From: Planctomycetota bacterium
GTDB taxonomy: Bacteria > Planctomycetota > UBA1135 > UBA2386
Direction: 5' to 3'
DNA: 64,000 nucleotides
Assembly: GCA_965223545.1 (NCBI GenBank)
Contig: OZ245006.1
Span: 544,001-608,000, forward strand
Below are positions 24,382 through 33,163 of the stretch, piece after piece (within the stretch, counting starts at the first letter, position 1; each line of letters begins with the position of its first letter). The translations under genes and the position numbers were made by a program. Under the pieces are notes generated by a model. That model was not told the origin of the DNA. It searched no databases and saw nothing but the letters and a program-made list of their open reading frames with translations.

Positions 24382-25305
24382 TTAGCTCTCGCTGCGGCGA
24401 TCGATCTCCGCGATCGGGAACGCCGAGCCCACGAGGTCCTCGGACACGGACCAGAGTCTCGACGCCACGTCTTCCTGTTCTGAGTACTCGGTTCGGGAGG
24501 CGCGGCCAGGCGGACCCTTCAGATCCATGAACCCCTGAGGGCCATAGTAACCGCCACCCTTGACATCAGGAGAGAGGGCCGCATGCAGAGGCGATCTTGC
24601 CGCGCTCTCGTTCGAATGCAGGATGAAGGGCTTAAGAAGCTTGAACGTGTAGTACACGACTCTCGACATGTCGTCGAAGAGACCAGAGTCCGTGCCGCCG
24701 GGGTGCGCGGCTACGGAAATGAGGCTGCGTCCGGCGCGCTTGAGACGCCGGTCGAGTTCGATCGCGAACATGAGGCAGGCGAGCTTGGATTGCGCGTAGG
24801 CAAAGTCCTTCGCTGGGGGGTTGTCGCAGTTGAGGTCTTCAAACGCGATCTCGCCCTTCTTGTGCGCCAGACTACTCAATGAGACCACGCGCGAGTCGGG
24901 CCTATCCGGTAGCAAGTCGAAGAGGAGAGACGTAAGCAGAAAGTGGCCAAGGTGGTTCGTGGCGAACTGAAGCTCGATCCCGTCGTCGTTGCGACGCCCC
25001 GAGTAGTCCAAGACCCCCGCATTGTTCACGAGGATATCCAGCCGGTCGTGTTGTTTTCGGAAGCTCTGGGCAAATGCGCGCACGGATGGGAAGCGACTCA
25101 AGTCGAGCTCGGCGACCTCCAGAACTGCCGCCGGGACGCGCTCTTGCGCCATCTTCATGGCAACGCGGGCCTTGTCTAGGCTCCGACATGCCAGGACGAC
25201 TCGGAGGCCAGCCCTGGCCAATCCAATCGTGGTCTCGTACCCGACTCCCGAGTTGGCACCCGTGACAATCGCCACCTTCGTTCGCTCGCTGGATACGTCG
25301 CTCAT
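24382..25305 (-). CDS. Short-chain dehydrogenase/reductase (retinol-dehydrogenase-like)
   Basis: VTGANSGVG, NNAGV, NHLGHF, YAQSK (YxxxK), HPG. ATG at 25305. Confidence 0.93.
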   Translation of the reverse strand: MSDVSSERTKVAIVTGANSGVGYETTIGLARAGLRVVLACRSLDKARVAMKMAQERVPAAVLEVAELDLSRFPSVRAFAQSFRKQHDRLDILVNNAGVLDYSGRRNDDGIELQFATNHLGHFLLTSLLFDLLPDRPDSRVVSLSSLAHKKGEIAFEDLNCDNPPAKDFAYAQSKLACLMFAIELDRRLKRAGRSLISVAAHPGGTDSGLFDDMSRVVYYTFKLLKPFILHSNESAARSPLHAALSPDVKGGGYYGPQGFMDLKGPPGRASRTEYSEQEDVASRLWSVSEDLVGSAFPIAEIDRRSES

Positions 25306-25419
25306 TCTGGATCCTCGGTAGTGCTCGACGTCGCGCAGACGTTCGGCCGGACTGCGCACCGAGTCAAGGATTAGCGCGAACCCATCGAACATCGGCGCGG
25401 CGTTCTGAACGGGAGCGGG

Positions 25420-25522
25420 ACGCGCACTCGAGGAGGGAACGCTGCTCCCTCCCGGCATTCAAGACGACTTCCTCCAGGCGATGGGAGTGGGAGAGAACTC
25501 TCGCGGAGTGCGAAGCATGGGG
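25420..25522 (+). repeat. 103 bp direct copy of an internal part (23656-23758) of the serine hydrolase gene
   Basis: Aligned by eye: 4 mismatches in 103 nt, no indels. Confidence 0.9.
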
Positions 25523-25545
25523 TTTGGCGAACCTCGCGAGCCACG

Positions 25546-26577
25546 TCACTCCCCGCCGCGCTGCCGGCCTCCCAGCCCTCCCGGCGACGGCGGGTACACA
25601 GTTGGCTCGCCGATGGTGAGACGGGGTATGGGACGCAATCCCGCGTCGGCCAGCGTGACGTGCCACGTCTCCGAGAGCCACAGTTGGTGAACGTGTGGGA
25701 GCACGGGACGGACCGAGAGGTAGACCTCGGGGCCGGCCGCGACGGCGAAGCCGGCCTCCTGGAAGCGCAGCAGGGTGAACACATCCGAGGTCCAGAAGCG
25801 CGTGTGCACCGGTGCGCGCGTGTCGACGAGGATGGCGTGGAGAAGCGCGCGGACCGAGTCCGCATTCTCGGGCTCCACGGCCCAGTCGAGGATCAGACGA
25901 ACGCCGCCCGCGTCGCGGGTGATCGCCACGCCGGTGCGTTCGCCGGCCCGCCAGGCCTGCCAGAGGCGATCGGTGCGTCCCGGCGCCGCCGCCCGCCAGG
26001 CGTCGAACACACCGTTGTGGCGCACGCCGCACTGGCCGACGCCGAGCGCGCTGGCGGGCCCCCGGCCGTCGCCACCCCGCGTGATGACGGTCCCGTCCCC
26101 GCCGAGTTCGGGGACGGGTCGATCGGCCGGGCGCCGCAGATCGATGGACGTCGCGACAGCGTCGTGCCCGCGGGCGCGTCGCAAGTGCCACCAGTCGGCC
26201 TCGTCCCACTGGCCGAAGACGGCGCCGAGGCGCTCGCGGCGCTCGAAGGTCTCCCGGAACAAATCGTCGAGGGCGGCGAAGAGGCTGTGCACGCCGCCGG
26301 TGCGGTAGGCCGGTTCGATGAAGCAGCTGTGGAAGCGACCGAAGAGCGACGGCTCGCCCTTCACGAGCATGGGGACGTGCGTCACGCCCAGGTGCGCGAT
26401 GATGCGCCCGTCCGGGTCGGCGGCGAGGACGCCCGAGGAGCCGTGCGGGTTGTCTCGGAACGCGTAGGTGACGTGCTGTCGGATCCGGCGGGCATCACCA
26501 CCGGTGGCCCTCGCGAACCCGTCGCCGATGCCGGCCCAGTCTTCATCCGTCGCGATGCGAAGCTCGAACTGCCCCAT
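25546..26577 (-). CDS. GNAT-fold acyltransferase, paralogue of the upstream gene
   Basis: N-terminal GNAT pattern (ELRIATDED...DNPHG..GVLAADPDGRIIAHLG...FIEPAYRTGG) and C-terminal WHVTLAD, both matching the neighbour. Confidence 0.65.
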   Translation of the reverse strand: MGQFELRIATDEDWAGIGDGFARATGGDARRIRQHVTYAFRDNPHGSSGVLAADPDGRIIAHLGVTHVPMLVKGEPSLFGRFHSCFIEPAYRTGGVHSLFAALDDLFRETFERRERLGAVFGQWDEADWWHLRRARGHDAVATSIDLRRPADRPVPELGGDGTVITRGGDGRGPASALGVGQCGVRHNGVFDAWRAAAPGRTDRLWQAWRAGERTGVAITRDAGGVRLILDWAVEPENADSVRALLHAILVDTRAPVHTRFWTSDVFTLLRFQEAGFAVAAGPEVYLSVRPVLPHVHQLWLSETWHVTLADAGLRPIPRLTIGEPTVYPPSPGGLGGRQRGGE

Positions 26578-26611
26578 CAGCGTCGTTGCGCCCCAGTCCG
26601 GAGGAATCGCA

Positions 26612-27610
26612 TCAGAGGATGTCGAGGTCGGCCAGCGTGTAGTACCAGTGCTCGCGCAGAAAGCGCGGCTCGAGCTGCGGCGCGAACGGAATCGCCATCA
26701 TCATGTAAGGCGACGGACGGACGCAGAATCCCCAACCCTGAAACGCGCCGAACCAGGGCGAGGACGTCGGGCAGACGAACGCGACGTTGGCACGGCCAAG
26801 CCGAGCGTAGTGCGCACGCACGGCAGCCTGCAGCGACCAGGCCGCGGCGTGGTCGGCGGGGTCGCAGAGCCAGTCCACCAGGACGCCGACGTCGTTCTCC
26901 ATGAGGCGCGCGAGGCGGTGCACGGCGTAGGCGCGGAGCGTGCCGTCGGTCGCACTCCGGGCGAAGGTGATCCGGTACGGCGAGGCCGGCGCGTCCAGGA
27001 AGCGCCAGCGAAGGAACCGCGCGTCTCGTCGCGTCATGCAGCGGTAGCGCGGCAGCAGGCGCTCACAAAGGGCGGTCACGTCGTCGTCGACGCGCGTCAC
27101 CTCGTGGACCTCGACACCGGTGCCGGCCGATCCCGACGACTCGCCCCGCGACACGAGCAGCCACTGTTGACGCAGGATCCGGTAGTCTGCATAGCGGCTG
27201 CCGATGCGATAGCTGCGCTGATTGGGGAAGCCGAACATGACGGCGGTGCCGCCGGGGATGCCGTACGTCGAGTTGTAGGCCTGGGCCAGGCGGACGAAGA
27301 CGCCGGGGTTGCGCAGCCCGCGGCGCACCGCGGGGTCCGTGCACGCATCGCAGCCCTGCGCGAACGTGAACGACTCGTTGTCGGCGCGGACGTCCAAAGG
27401 AACGCCACCGAAGTGCCCGACGATGCGCCCCTCGCCGTCCTCGGCCACGAGTCCCTGGAAGCCGGCCGGGTTGCCACGGTACTTCCAGTGCCACCACGCC
27501 GCCCCGAACTCGGGCGTGTCGTCGCCGCCAAAGGCGGCGTTCACGAGACCCGCGATGGCCTCGGCGTCGTCGGGGTTCGAGCGGCGCATGATGAGTTCCG
27601 CGTTCGTCAC
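26612..27610 (-). CDS. GNAT-fold acyltransferase
   Basis: WWHWKYRGNPAG, VAEDGEGRIVGH, DACTDPAVRRG (acyl-CoA loop), FGFPN, RDARFLRWRF, WYYTLADLD. GTG start overlaps the ketosynthase stop. Confidence 0.8.
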   Translation of the reverse strand: MTNAELIMRRSNPDDAEAIAGLVNAAFGGDDTPEFGAAWWHWKYRGNPAGFQGLVAEDGEGRIVGHFGGVPLDVRADNESFTFAQGCDACTDPAVRRGLRNPGVFVRLAQAYNSTYGIPGGTAVMFGFPNQRSYRIGSRYADYRILRQQWLLVSRGESSGSAGTGVEVHEVTRVDDDVTALCERLLPRYRCMTRRDARFLRWRFLDAPASPYRITFARSATDGTLRAYAVHRLARLMENDVGVLVDWLCDPADHAAAWSLQAAVRAHYARLGRANVAFVCPTSSPWFGAFQGWGFCVRPSPYMMMAIPFAPQLEPRFLREHWYYTLADLDIL

Positions 27611-28818
27611 GGTTCGTACCGCCGCAGCACCAGGCTCGCATTCGTCCCACCGAAGCCGAAATTGTTCGTCATGACCGTGGACAGGCCGGCGGCGTCCCGG
27701 CGCTCGGCGACCAGCGGCAGGTCGTCGAGCTCAGCGGCGGCGTCGGTCGCGTTGATCGAGGGTGCGACAAAATCGTGCTCGAGCATGAGCATGCAGTGGA
27801 TCGCCTCCAGCGCGCCGGCGGCCGCCAGGGTGTGGCCTCCCATCGACTTGGTCGACGAGAACGGCGGCACGCCGCCGCCGAAGACCGTGCGCAGCGCGTC
27901 GACTTCCCTGAGGTCGCCGAGCAGGGTACCCGTGCCGTGCGTGTTCACGTAGTCGATGGGCGTGTCGACCGTGTCCAGCGCCAGCCGCATGCAGCGGACG
28001 GCGCCCTCCCCCGAAGGCGCGACCATGTCTTCGCCATCCGACGTGGCGCCGTACCCCACGAGCTCGGCGTGGATCCGCGCCCCGCGTGCCAGGGCATGGT
28101 CGAGAGCCTCGACCACGACCATGCCCGCGCCCGCCGACATCACAAAGCCGTCGCGAGCCCGGTCGTAGGGTCGCGACGCCTCTGCGGGGGTCTCGTTGAA
28201 GCGCGTCGACAGCGCGCCCATCGCGTCGAACCGGCAGGCGATGGTCCAGTCCGCCTCCTCGCTGCCGCCAGCGAAGACCACGTCCTGCTTGCCCCACTGG
28301 ACCTGCTCCATGGCGACGCCGATGCAGTGAGCGCTCGTCGCGCAGGCCGACGTGACGCCGTAGCTGAGGCCCAGGATGCGGTACGCCGTCGCGAGATTCG
28401 CGGCCACGCTGCTGGCCATGGTGCGTGGCGCGGCGAAGGGGCTGACCCGGCGCAACCCACGGCGGCGCAGGGCGTCGACGCTCTCGACGAGGCTCGCTGC
28501 CGAGGAGGCGCCCGCCGCGGCAACGACGCCGATGCGCGGATCGGAGATGGCGTCGGGCTCGAACCCCGCATCGTGCAGGGCCTCGCGCATGGCGATCCAA
28601 GCATAGACCGCCGCCGTGCACATGTGGCGACGGGAACGTCGGTCGAGGGGCGCTTCGACGTCGACGAGGCCCGAGACCTGCGAGCGCAGGCCGACCTGCC
28701 GGTACGTCTCGTCGAAGACGATGCCCGAGCGGCCGGCGCGCAACGAGGCGAGAACCTCGGTCACCGAGTTGCCCAGACAAGAAACCGCACCCATCCCGGT
28801 GATGACGACTCGTCGCAT
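27607..28818 (-). CDS. fabB: Beta-ketoacyl-ACP synthase I-like ketosynthase
   Basis: MRRVVITGMG, TSACATSAHCIG (Cys), NTHGTGT and KSMGGHTL (His pair), NNFGFGGTNASL. Confidence 0.92.
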   Translation of the reverse strand: MRRVVITGMGAVSCLGNSVTEVLASLRAGRSGIVFDETYRQVGLRSQVSGLVDVEAPLDRRSRRHMCTAAVYAWIAMREALHDAGFEPDAISDPRIGVVAAAGASSAASLVESVDALRRRGLRRVSPFAAPRTMASSVAANLATAYRILGLSYGVTSACATSAHCIGVAMEQVQWGKQDVVFAGGSEEADWTIACRFDAMGALSTRFNETPAEASRPYDRARDGFVMSAGAGMVVVEALDHALARGARIHAELVGYGATSDGEDMVAPSGEGAVRCMRLALDTVDTPIDYVNTHGTGTLLGDLREVDALRTVFGGGVPPFSSTKSMGGHTLAAAGALEAIHCMLMLEHDFVAPSINATDAAAELDDLPLVAERRDAAGLSTVMTNNFGFGGTNASLVLRRYEP

Positions 28819-28824
28819 TGCCGA

Positions 28825-30357
28825 TCACGCGGGTAGATGCCCAGCGCTCCACGCGACGTCACCGTCCGCCGTCCGCGGCAGCTCTTCGAGGATGTAGACG
28901 CGCCGCGGTTGCTTGTAGTGGGCCAGCCGCGCCCGGCAGAACGCCATGAGCGTGGCTTCCTCGACCGGGCCTCGCAGCGTGACCGCTGCGACGATGCGCG
29001 CCATCCCCCGCGCATCCTCGACGTCGGTGACCGCGCTCTCGGCGACCGATGGGTGCGACTCGAGCACCCGGGAGACCTCCTTCAACGACACCTTCCAGCC
29101 GCCGACGTGCACCACGCCGGGACGGGTGCGGTGCAGGCGGAGGAGCCCGTCAGCGCCGAGGCAACCGATGTCACCGGTCCAATAGCGGCCATCCCGAAAC
29201 CCGCCCGTGTCGCGTCGTGTCGCCACTCGAACGTAGCCCGCCGCGGTGGCCGCCCCACCGATGACGACCTCGCCGCGACTCCCAGCGGGCAACGTCTCGC
29301 CGTCCGGGCCGACGATGCTCAACTGCACGCCGCGCATGGCTCGTCCGACGGAACTCGGGTGCCGGGCCGACTCCGAGGGGTGACACAGGGAGATGCCGCC
29401 AGTTTCCGACGACCCGTAGTGTTGGCAGATCGTCGCGCGGAACCGTTCGGAGAACGCCTCGGCGACGTCGACGGGGAGCGGCGCCGTACACGAGAGCAGA
29501 TAGCGGGTCGCCGACAGGTCCGGGGCGGGGTCGACGCGAGTGCGGTTCAACAGCTGGTACATGGCCGGCACGCCGAGGAACACCGAGACCCGCCCGCCGG
29601 CGAGCTCGCCGAGGATCGCCTTCCAGGCGGGGCGCCTGCGGATGGCGAGCGAGGTTCCCGCGAACAACACGGGCAGGAGCCCGAGGTCGAAACCGTAGGA
29701 GTGCGCGAGCGACACCGGCGCCAGCACGAGGTCCGACGCATCGAGGCCGAGGGTCTCCACGACGTTGGCGGCCGCCGCGCACACGTTGGTCGCGGTCCAG
29801 AGCACGGCCTTGGGCGCGCCCGTCGAGCCGGAGCTGAACTTGACCAGGGCGGGGTATGAGCCCACATCGCGAAGTCCGAAGCGCCGGCGCACGTCGAGGA
29901 CACTGGGGACCGTCGATCGGAGAAGCAGAAGCCGCAAGGTCTGGCCGCTGCCGGGATCCGTCAGGTCGTGCTCGGATTCGACGTCGAGTCGCGCCGCGGC
30001 CTCGGCGGCGTGCTGCGGCAGGGCGAGGACGAAGTCGGGTCGAACGGTGGCGGCGATCGTCCGGAGCTCGGATTCCCGGTAGCGCGTCGACACGAGTGCC
30101 GCCGTGGCGGGGAGCTGGGCGAGTGCCAGGAAGGCGGCGACGAAGGCGCCCGAGCTCGGCAGCATCAGTAGGCCCAGCCCGTGCTCGCGCACCCCGGCCG
30201 CGCGCATCGCGATCGCGAGCTCCAAGGCGCGCTCCGCCAGCTGCCGTCGGCTGCAGGTCGCGTCGGGGATGTCCAGCGCGGGCGCGTTCGGATCGGCGTG
30301 CACCGTCCGCTCGAACGTCTCCCAGAGAGTGGTCGCGTCCCGTGCGACGGAGCTCAT
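28825..30357 (-). CDS. Class I adenylate-forming enzyme (acyl-CoA/acyl-ACP ligase-like)
   Basis: FSSGSTGAPK P-loop, YGSSETGG, TGDIG. ATG 30357 with GGAG upstream. The terminal A10 motif reads PRTADGDV. Confidence 0.87.
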   Translation of the reverse strand: MSSVARDATTLWETFERTVHADPNAPALDIPDATCSRRQLAERALELAIAMRAAGVREHGLGLLMLPSSGAFVAAFLALAQLPATAALVSTRYRESELRTIAATVRPDFVLALPQHAAEAAARLDVESEHDLTDPGSGQTLRLLLLRSTVPSVLDVRRRFGLRDVGSYPALVKFSSGSTGAPKAVLWTATNVCAAAANVVETLGLDASDLVLAPVSLAHSYGFDLGLLPVLFAGTSLAIRRRPAWKAILGELAGGRVSVFLGVPAMYQLLNRTRVDPAPDLSATRYLLSCTAPLPVDVAEAFSERFRATICQHYGSSETGGISLCHPSESARHPSSVGRAMRGVQLSIVGPDGETLPAGSRGEVVIGGAATAAGYVRVATRRDTGGFRDGRYWTGDIGCLGADGLLRLHRTRPGVVHVGGWKVSLKEVSRVLESHPSVAESAVTDVEDARGMARIVAAVTLRGPVEEATLMAFCRARLAHYKQPRRVYILEELPRTADGDVAWSAGHLPA

Positions 30358-30416
30358 CGCCCCACTCCGCTGGTGCCGTTGACACGACGCCGGCAGCTCC
30401 ATAGGGTCGCCGCAGG

Positions 30417-31130
30417 GTGACGGTTGAAGACCTGATGAAGCATTCTGCGGCCCGGGTGAAGAAGCTCTACGGAGAGACGCTGCCTCCCGCGTACGACGAC
30501 CGCCCGTCGTTCCGTCACCGGGTGCTGCGTGCGGCGAAGATGGTCGTCGGCAACGCACTGTACGACTTTCACGCGCAGTCGGTGCGGGCCATCGAGGCCG
30601 TGGGGCTGAACACCGGCGACCGGGTGCTCGTGTTCTGCTGCGGCACCGGCCGGGAGTTCGCCGCCATCCGGGAGCGGATCGGCGTCGAGGGGACCATCCT
30701 CGGCGTGGACTTCTCCGCCGCGATGCTGGCCCGGGCCCGGTACGGCATGCGACGCGAAGGCTGGACCAACGTCACCCTGCTCGAAGCCGACGTCACGGAG
30801 TTCGAGCCGCCGGACGGGACGTCCTTCGACGTAGGCCTCTGCACCTGTGGGATGTCGATCGTCCCCGGCTGGGCGGCGGCGTTCGACGCCCTGGTCGGCG
30901 CGGTGCGGCCCGGGGGCGGCGTGGTCGTGGGCGACCTGCAGCTGGCGACGGGCGTCCGGGCGCTGCTCAATCCCCTCGTCGCGTGGTGGACCCGACCGTA
31001 CGGCGGGTCGCTCCAGGGCCACGCCAACACGCGCGCGCTGTTCGAGCGCATGGAGCGGGAGCTCGACGTGATCGCGACCGGCGAGGACGGCCACGGAACC
31101 TATCGGTTCTGCGCGGCGCGCAGAACCTAG
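30417..31130 (+). CDS. Class I SAM-dependent methyltransferase
   Basis: RVLVFCCGTG (motif I), GVDFSAAMLARA, NVTLLEADV, VRPGGGVVVGD. Confidence 0.87.
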   Translation: MTVEDLMKHSAARVKKLYGETLPPAYDDRPSFRHRVLRAAKMVVGNALYDFHAQSVRAIEAVGLNTGDRVLVFCCGTGREFAAIRERIGVEGTILGVDFSAAMLARARYGMRREGWTNVTLLEADVTEFEPPDGTSFDVGLCTCGMSIVPGWAAAFDALVGAVRPGGGVVVGDLQLATGVRALLNPLVAWWTRPYGGSLQGHANTRALFERMERELDVIATGEDGHGTYRFCAARRT

Positions 31131-31141
31131 GGCGCGGCGGG

Positions 31142-32908
31142 TCATGAGACTTGCGCCGCCCGCAGGTCGCGGGCGAGCCAGCGGGGGACCACGCCGCAGA
31201 GCACCTCCTTGACCTGTCTCTTCGCGGCGTCCCCGAGCTCGCCCTCCGCGCCCCGCATGCACTTGCTGAGCGCATCGCTGGCGAGGCGCGCTTGCTGCAG
31301 AGTCAGGCCCCAGCTCATGTACTCGACGATGCGCATCTCGTTCGAGAGCTCGAGCCCGGCGTCCAGCACTTCGGCGGTCCCTGCGGCGACGAGGGCGGCG
31401 GCCTGGTCGGAGTCCATGGTCTCGTGCCGCCACTGCAGGCCTTCACCGCGGAGGCCGAACGTCTCCATGGCGCGACCGCGCACGGGAGCCTTGTCGACCA
31501 GGTAGAACTGGCCCAAGGCGACCGAGTCCGGGCGCGTGTCGAGCAGGAAGTCCAGCGTGTTGCGGAACGACTCCTCGGTCTCGCCCGGGTAGCCGACGAT
31601 CATGTTGATGTGAACGAACAGGCCGTGGCGTCGCGCCACGGCCAGGCCCTCGCGCGCGTCAGCGACGTCGTGTCCCTTGCGCATGAGCTTGAGGATGCGG
31701 TCGTCGCCGGACTCGACCCCGAAGAAGCAACCCCAGCAGCCCGCGCGACACATGAGCGCGGCGAGCTCGTCGGACAGGTCGTCGACGCGGCTGTAGCACG
31801 ACCACTCGAGGCCGAGATCGAGCTCGATCATGAGCCGGCAGACATCGAGCGGGTAGTCGCGGTAGCCCGGCGGACCGTCGGTGAAGTTCGAGTCGCCGAC
31901 CCGGTAGCGGGTGATGCCGAGTTCGGCATTGCGCACGAGCTCGGCGCGGACTTCGTCGAGCGGACGGACCACCTTGCCGCGGTCGTAGGCGCAGTAGAAG
32001 CAGTTGTACTTGCAGCCGCGGCTGAACTCGATCGCGTAGACCGTGTCGCGTGAGCGCGGGTACAGCGACCAGTCCGGGATCGGGATCGCCTCGTCATCGC
32101 GGATGCGGTAGGCCGCGTCGGTGCGGCCGACGCGCGCCAGGGCGCGTGACGCGGTCCCGTAGGTCACGCTGCCGTCGGGTTGCCGGATCGCCAAGCCGGG
32201 GATCGACGCCGGGTCACTGCCGGAATCGAGGGCCGCGAGCAGTTGAACGAGAGGGCGCTCGCCGGAGCCGAAGATGGCGTAGTCGACGAGCCCATGCAGC
32301 GACTCCCGGCGCCGCACCGTGGGGCCGCCCAGCACGATCGGCGTGTCGGGCGCGAGCCTGCGGATGAGCTCCACCGCCTCGATCACCTCGCGTTCGGAGA
32401 GCAAGAACGTCGTGGTCAGCCCGATCAACCCCGGCCGGCGCTCGGCGACCAACCACTCCACGCGCGCACGGCGGTGCGAGTAGCGACCGACGTTGTCGAC
32501 GATGGCCACCTCGTAGCCGGCATCGCGAGCGACCGTCGCCAGGTCGCACAAGGCCAGGGACGGCCGGTGCGGCAAGCGCAACACGTCGCCCCGGGAGCGG
32601 AAGCGCGACCAGAGGTCGGGGTCTTCCACGCCCAGCTCGGCCGTCGCGGCGGCTCGCTCGGTCTCGTCGAACGTCGGCCAGACCTTGGCCATGCGGAAGC
32701 GCTGGTTGAGGTACTCGTCGTCGGCGAACGACAGCGACTCCTCGGCGAGCAGGAGCAGGTCGAGGCGGCTCACGGAAAGGCCCAATCCCTTCGAAAGAGG
32801 ACGATCGACGATATTGTAGCCCTTGGGTTGCGCGACGCCTGCCGCCCCCCGCTCCGGGCGACGAGCCCGGGAGAAACGCGGTGGCGACTCGCCCGACACG
32901 ATCGCCAT
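31142..32908 (-). CDS. Cobalamin-binding radical SAM enzyme
   Basis: EFSRGCKYNCFYC (CxxxCxxC), DSNF, FGVESGDDRILKLMRK, IVGYPGET. Upstream B12-type domain GLIGLTTT...PIVLGGP. Start 32908 or 32935. Confidence 0.9.
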   Translation of the reverse strand: MAIVSGESPPRFSRARRPERGAAGVAQPKGYNIVDRPLSKGLGLSVSRLDLLLLAEESLSFADDEYLNQRFRMAKVWPTFDETERAAATAELGVEDPDLWSRFRSRGDVLRLPHRPSLALCDLATVARDAGYEVAIVDNVGRYSHRRARVEWLVAERRPGLIGLTTTFLLSEREVIEAVELIRRLAPDTPIVLGGPTVRRRESLHGLVDYAIFGSGERPLVQLLAALDSGSDPASIPGLAIRQPDGSVTYGTASRALARVGRTDAAYRIRDDEAIPIPDWSLYPRSRDTVYAIEFSRGCKYNCFYCAYDRGKVVRPLDEVRAELVRNAELGITRYRVGDSNFTDGPPGYRDYPLDVCRLMIELDLGLEWSCYSRVDDLSDELAALMCRAGCWGCFFGVESGDDRILKLMRKGHDVADAREGLAVARRHGLFVHINMIVGYPGETEESFRNTLDFLLDTRPDSVALGQFYLVDKAPVRGRAMETFGLRGEGLQWRHETMDSDQAAALVAAGTAEVLDAGLELSNEMRIVEYMSWGLTLQQARLASDALSKCMRGAEGELGDAAKRQVKEVLCGVVPRWLARDLRAAQVS

Positions 32909-32963
32909 CTCGGCGGAGCCCGATCGGCGGCTCACCCCGTAGCCGGAGACGTGGAACGAGCCT

Positions 32964-33163
32964 CAGCGCGGCCGGGGCCGCAACCAAACTCGGATGCCGC
33001 TCTTGCCGGAGCGGGTTGGAAGTTCTGACACATCCGTCGCCGCGCTGAGCGCAGACGCCAGTGTTGTTTCGGAGCGTCCGGGAGTTGCGGTATCGAAGTC
33101 CTGACGACAGCGGGCCTTCGGCAATGTTGTCGCCGCTCGAAGACTCTCGGCCCCGGACGCTCA
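32964..33163 (-). repeat. ~200 bp structured intergenic repeat, copy 2 (inverted relative to copy 1)
   Basis: Its reverse complement matches 22576-22775. It begins at the TGA of the antiporter gene. Confidence 0.92.

Noticed and set aside
23656..25522. The 103 bp repeat pair as a diversity-generating retroelement TR/VR
   Set aside because: The four differences (T/C, A/G, C/G, C/A) are not confined to adenines of either copy, and no reverse transcriptase is present in the window.
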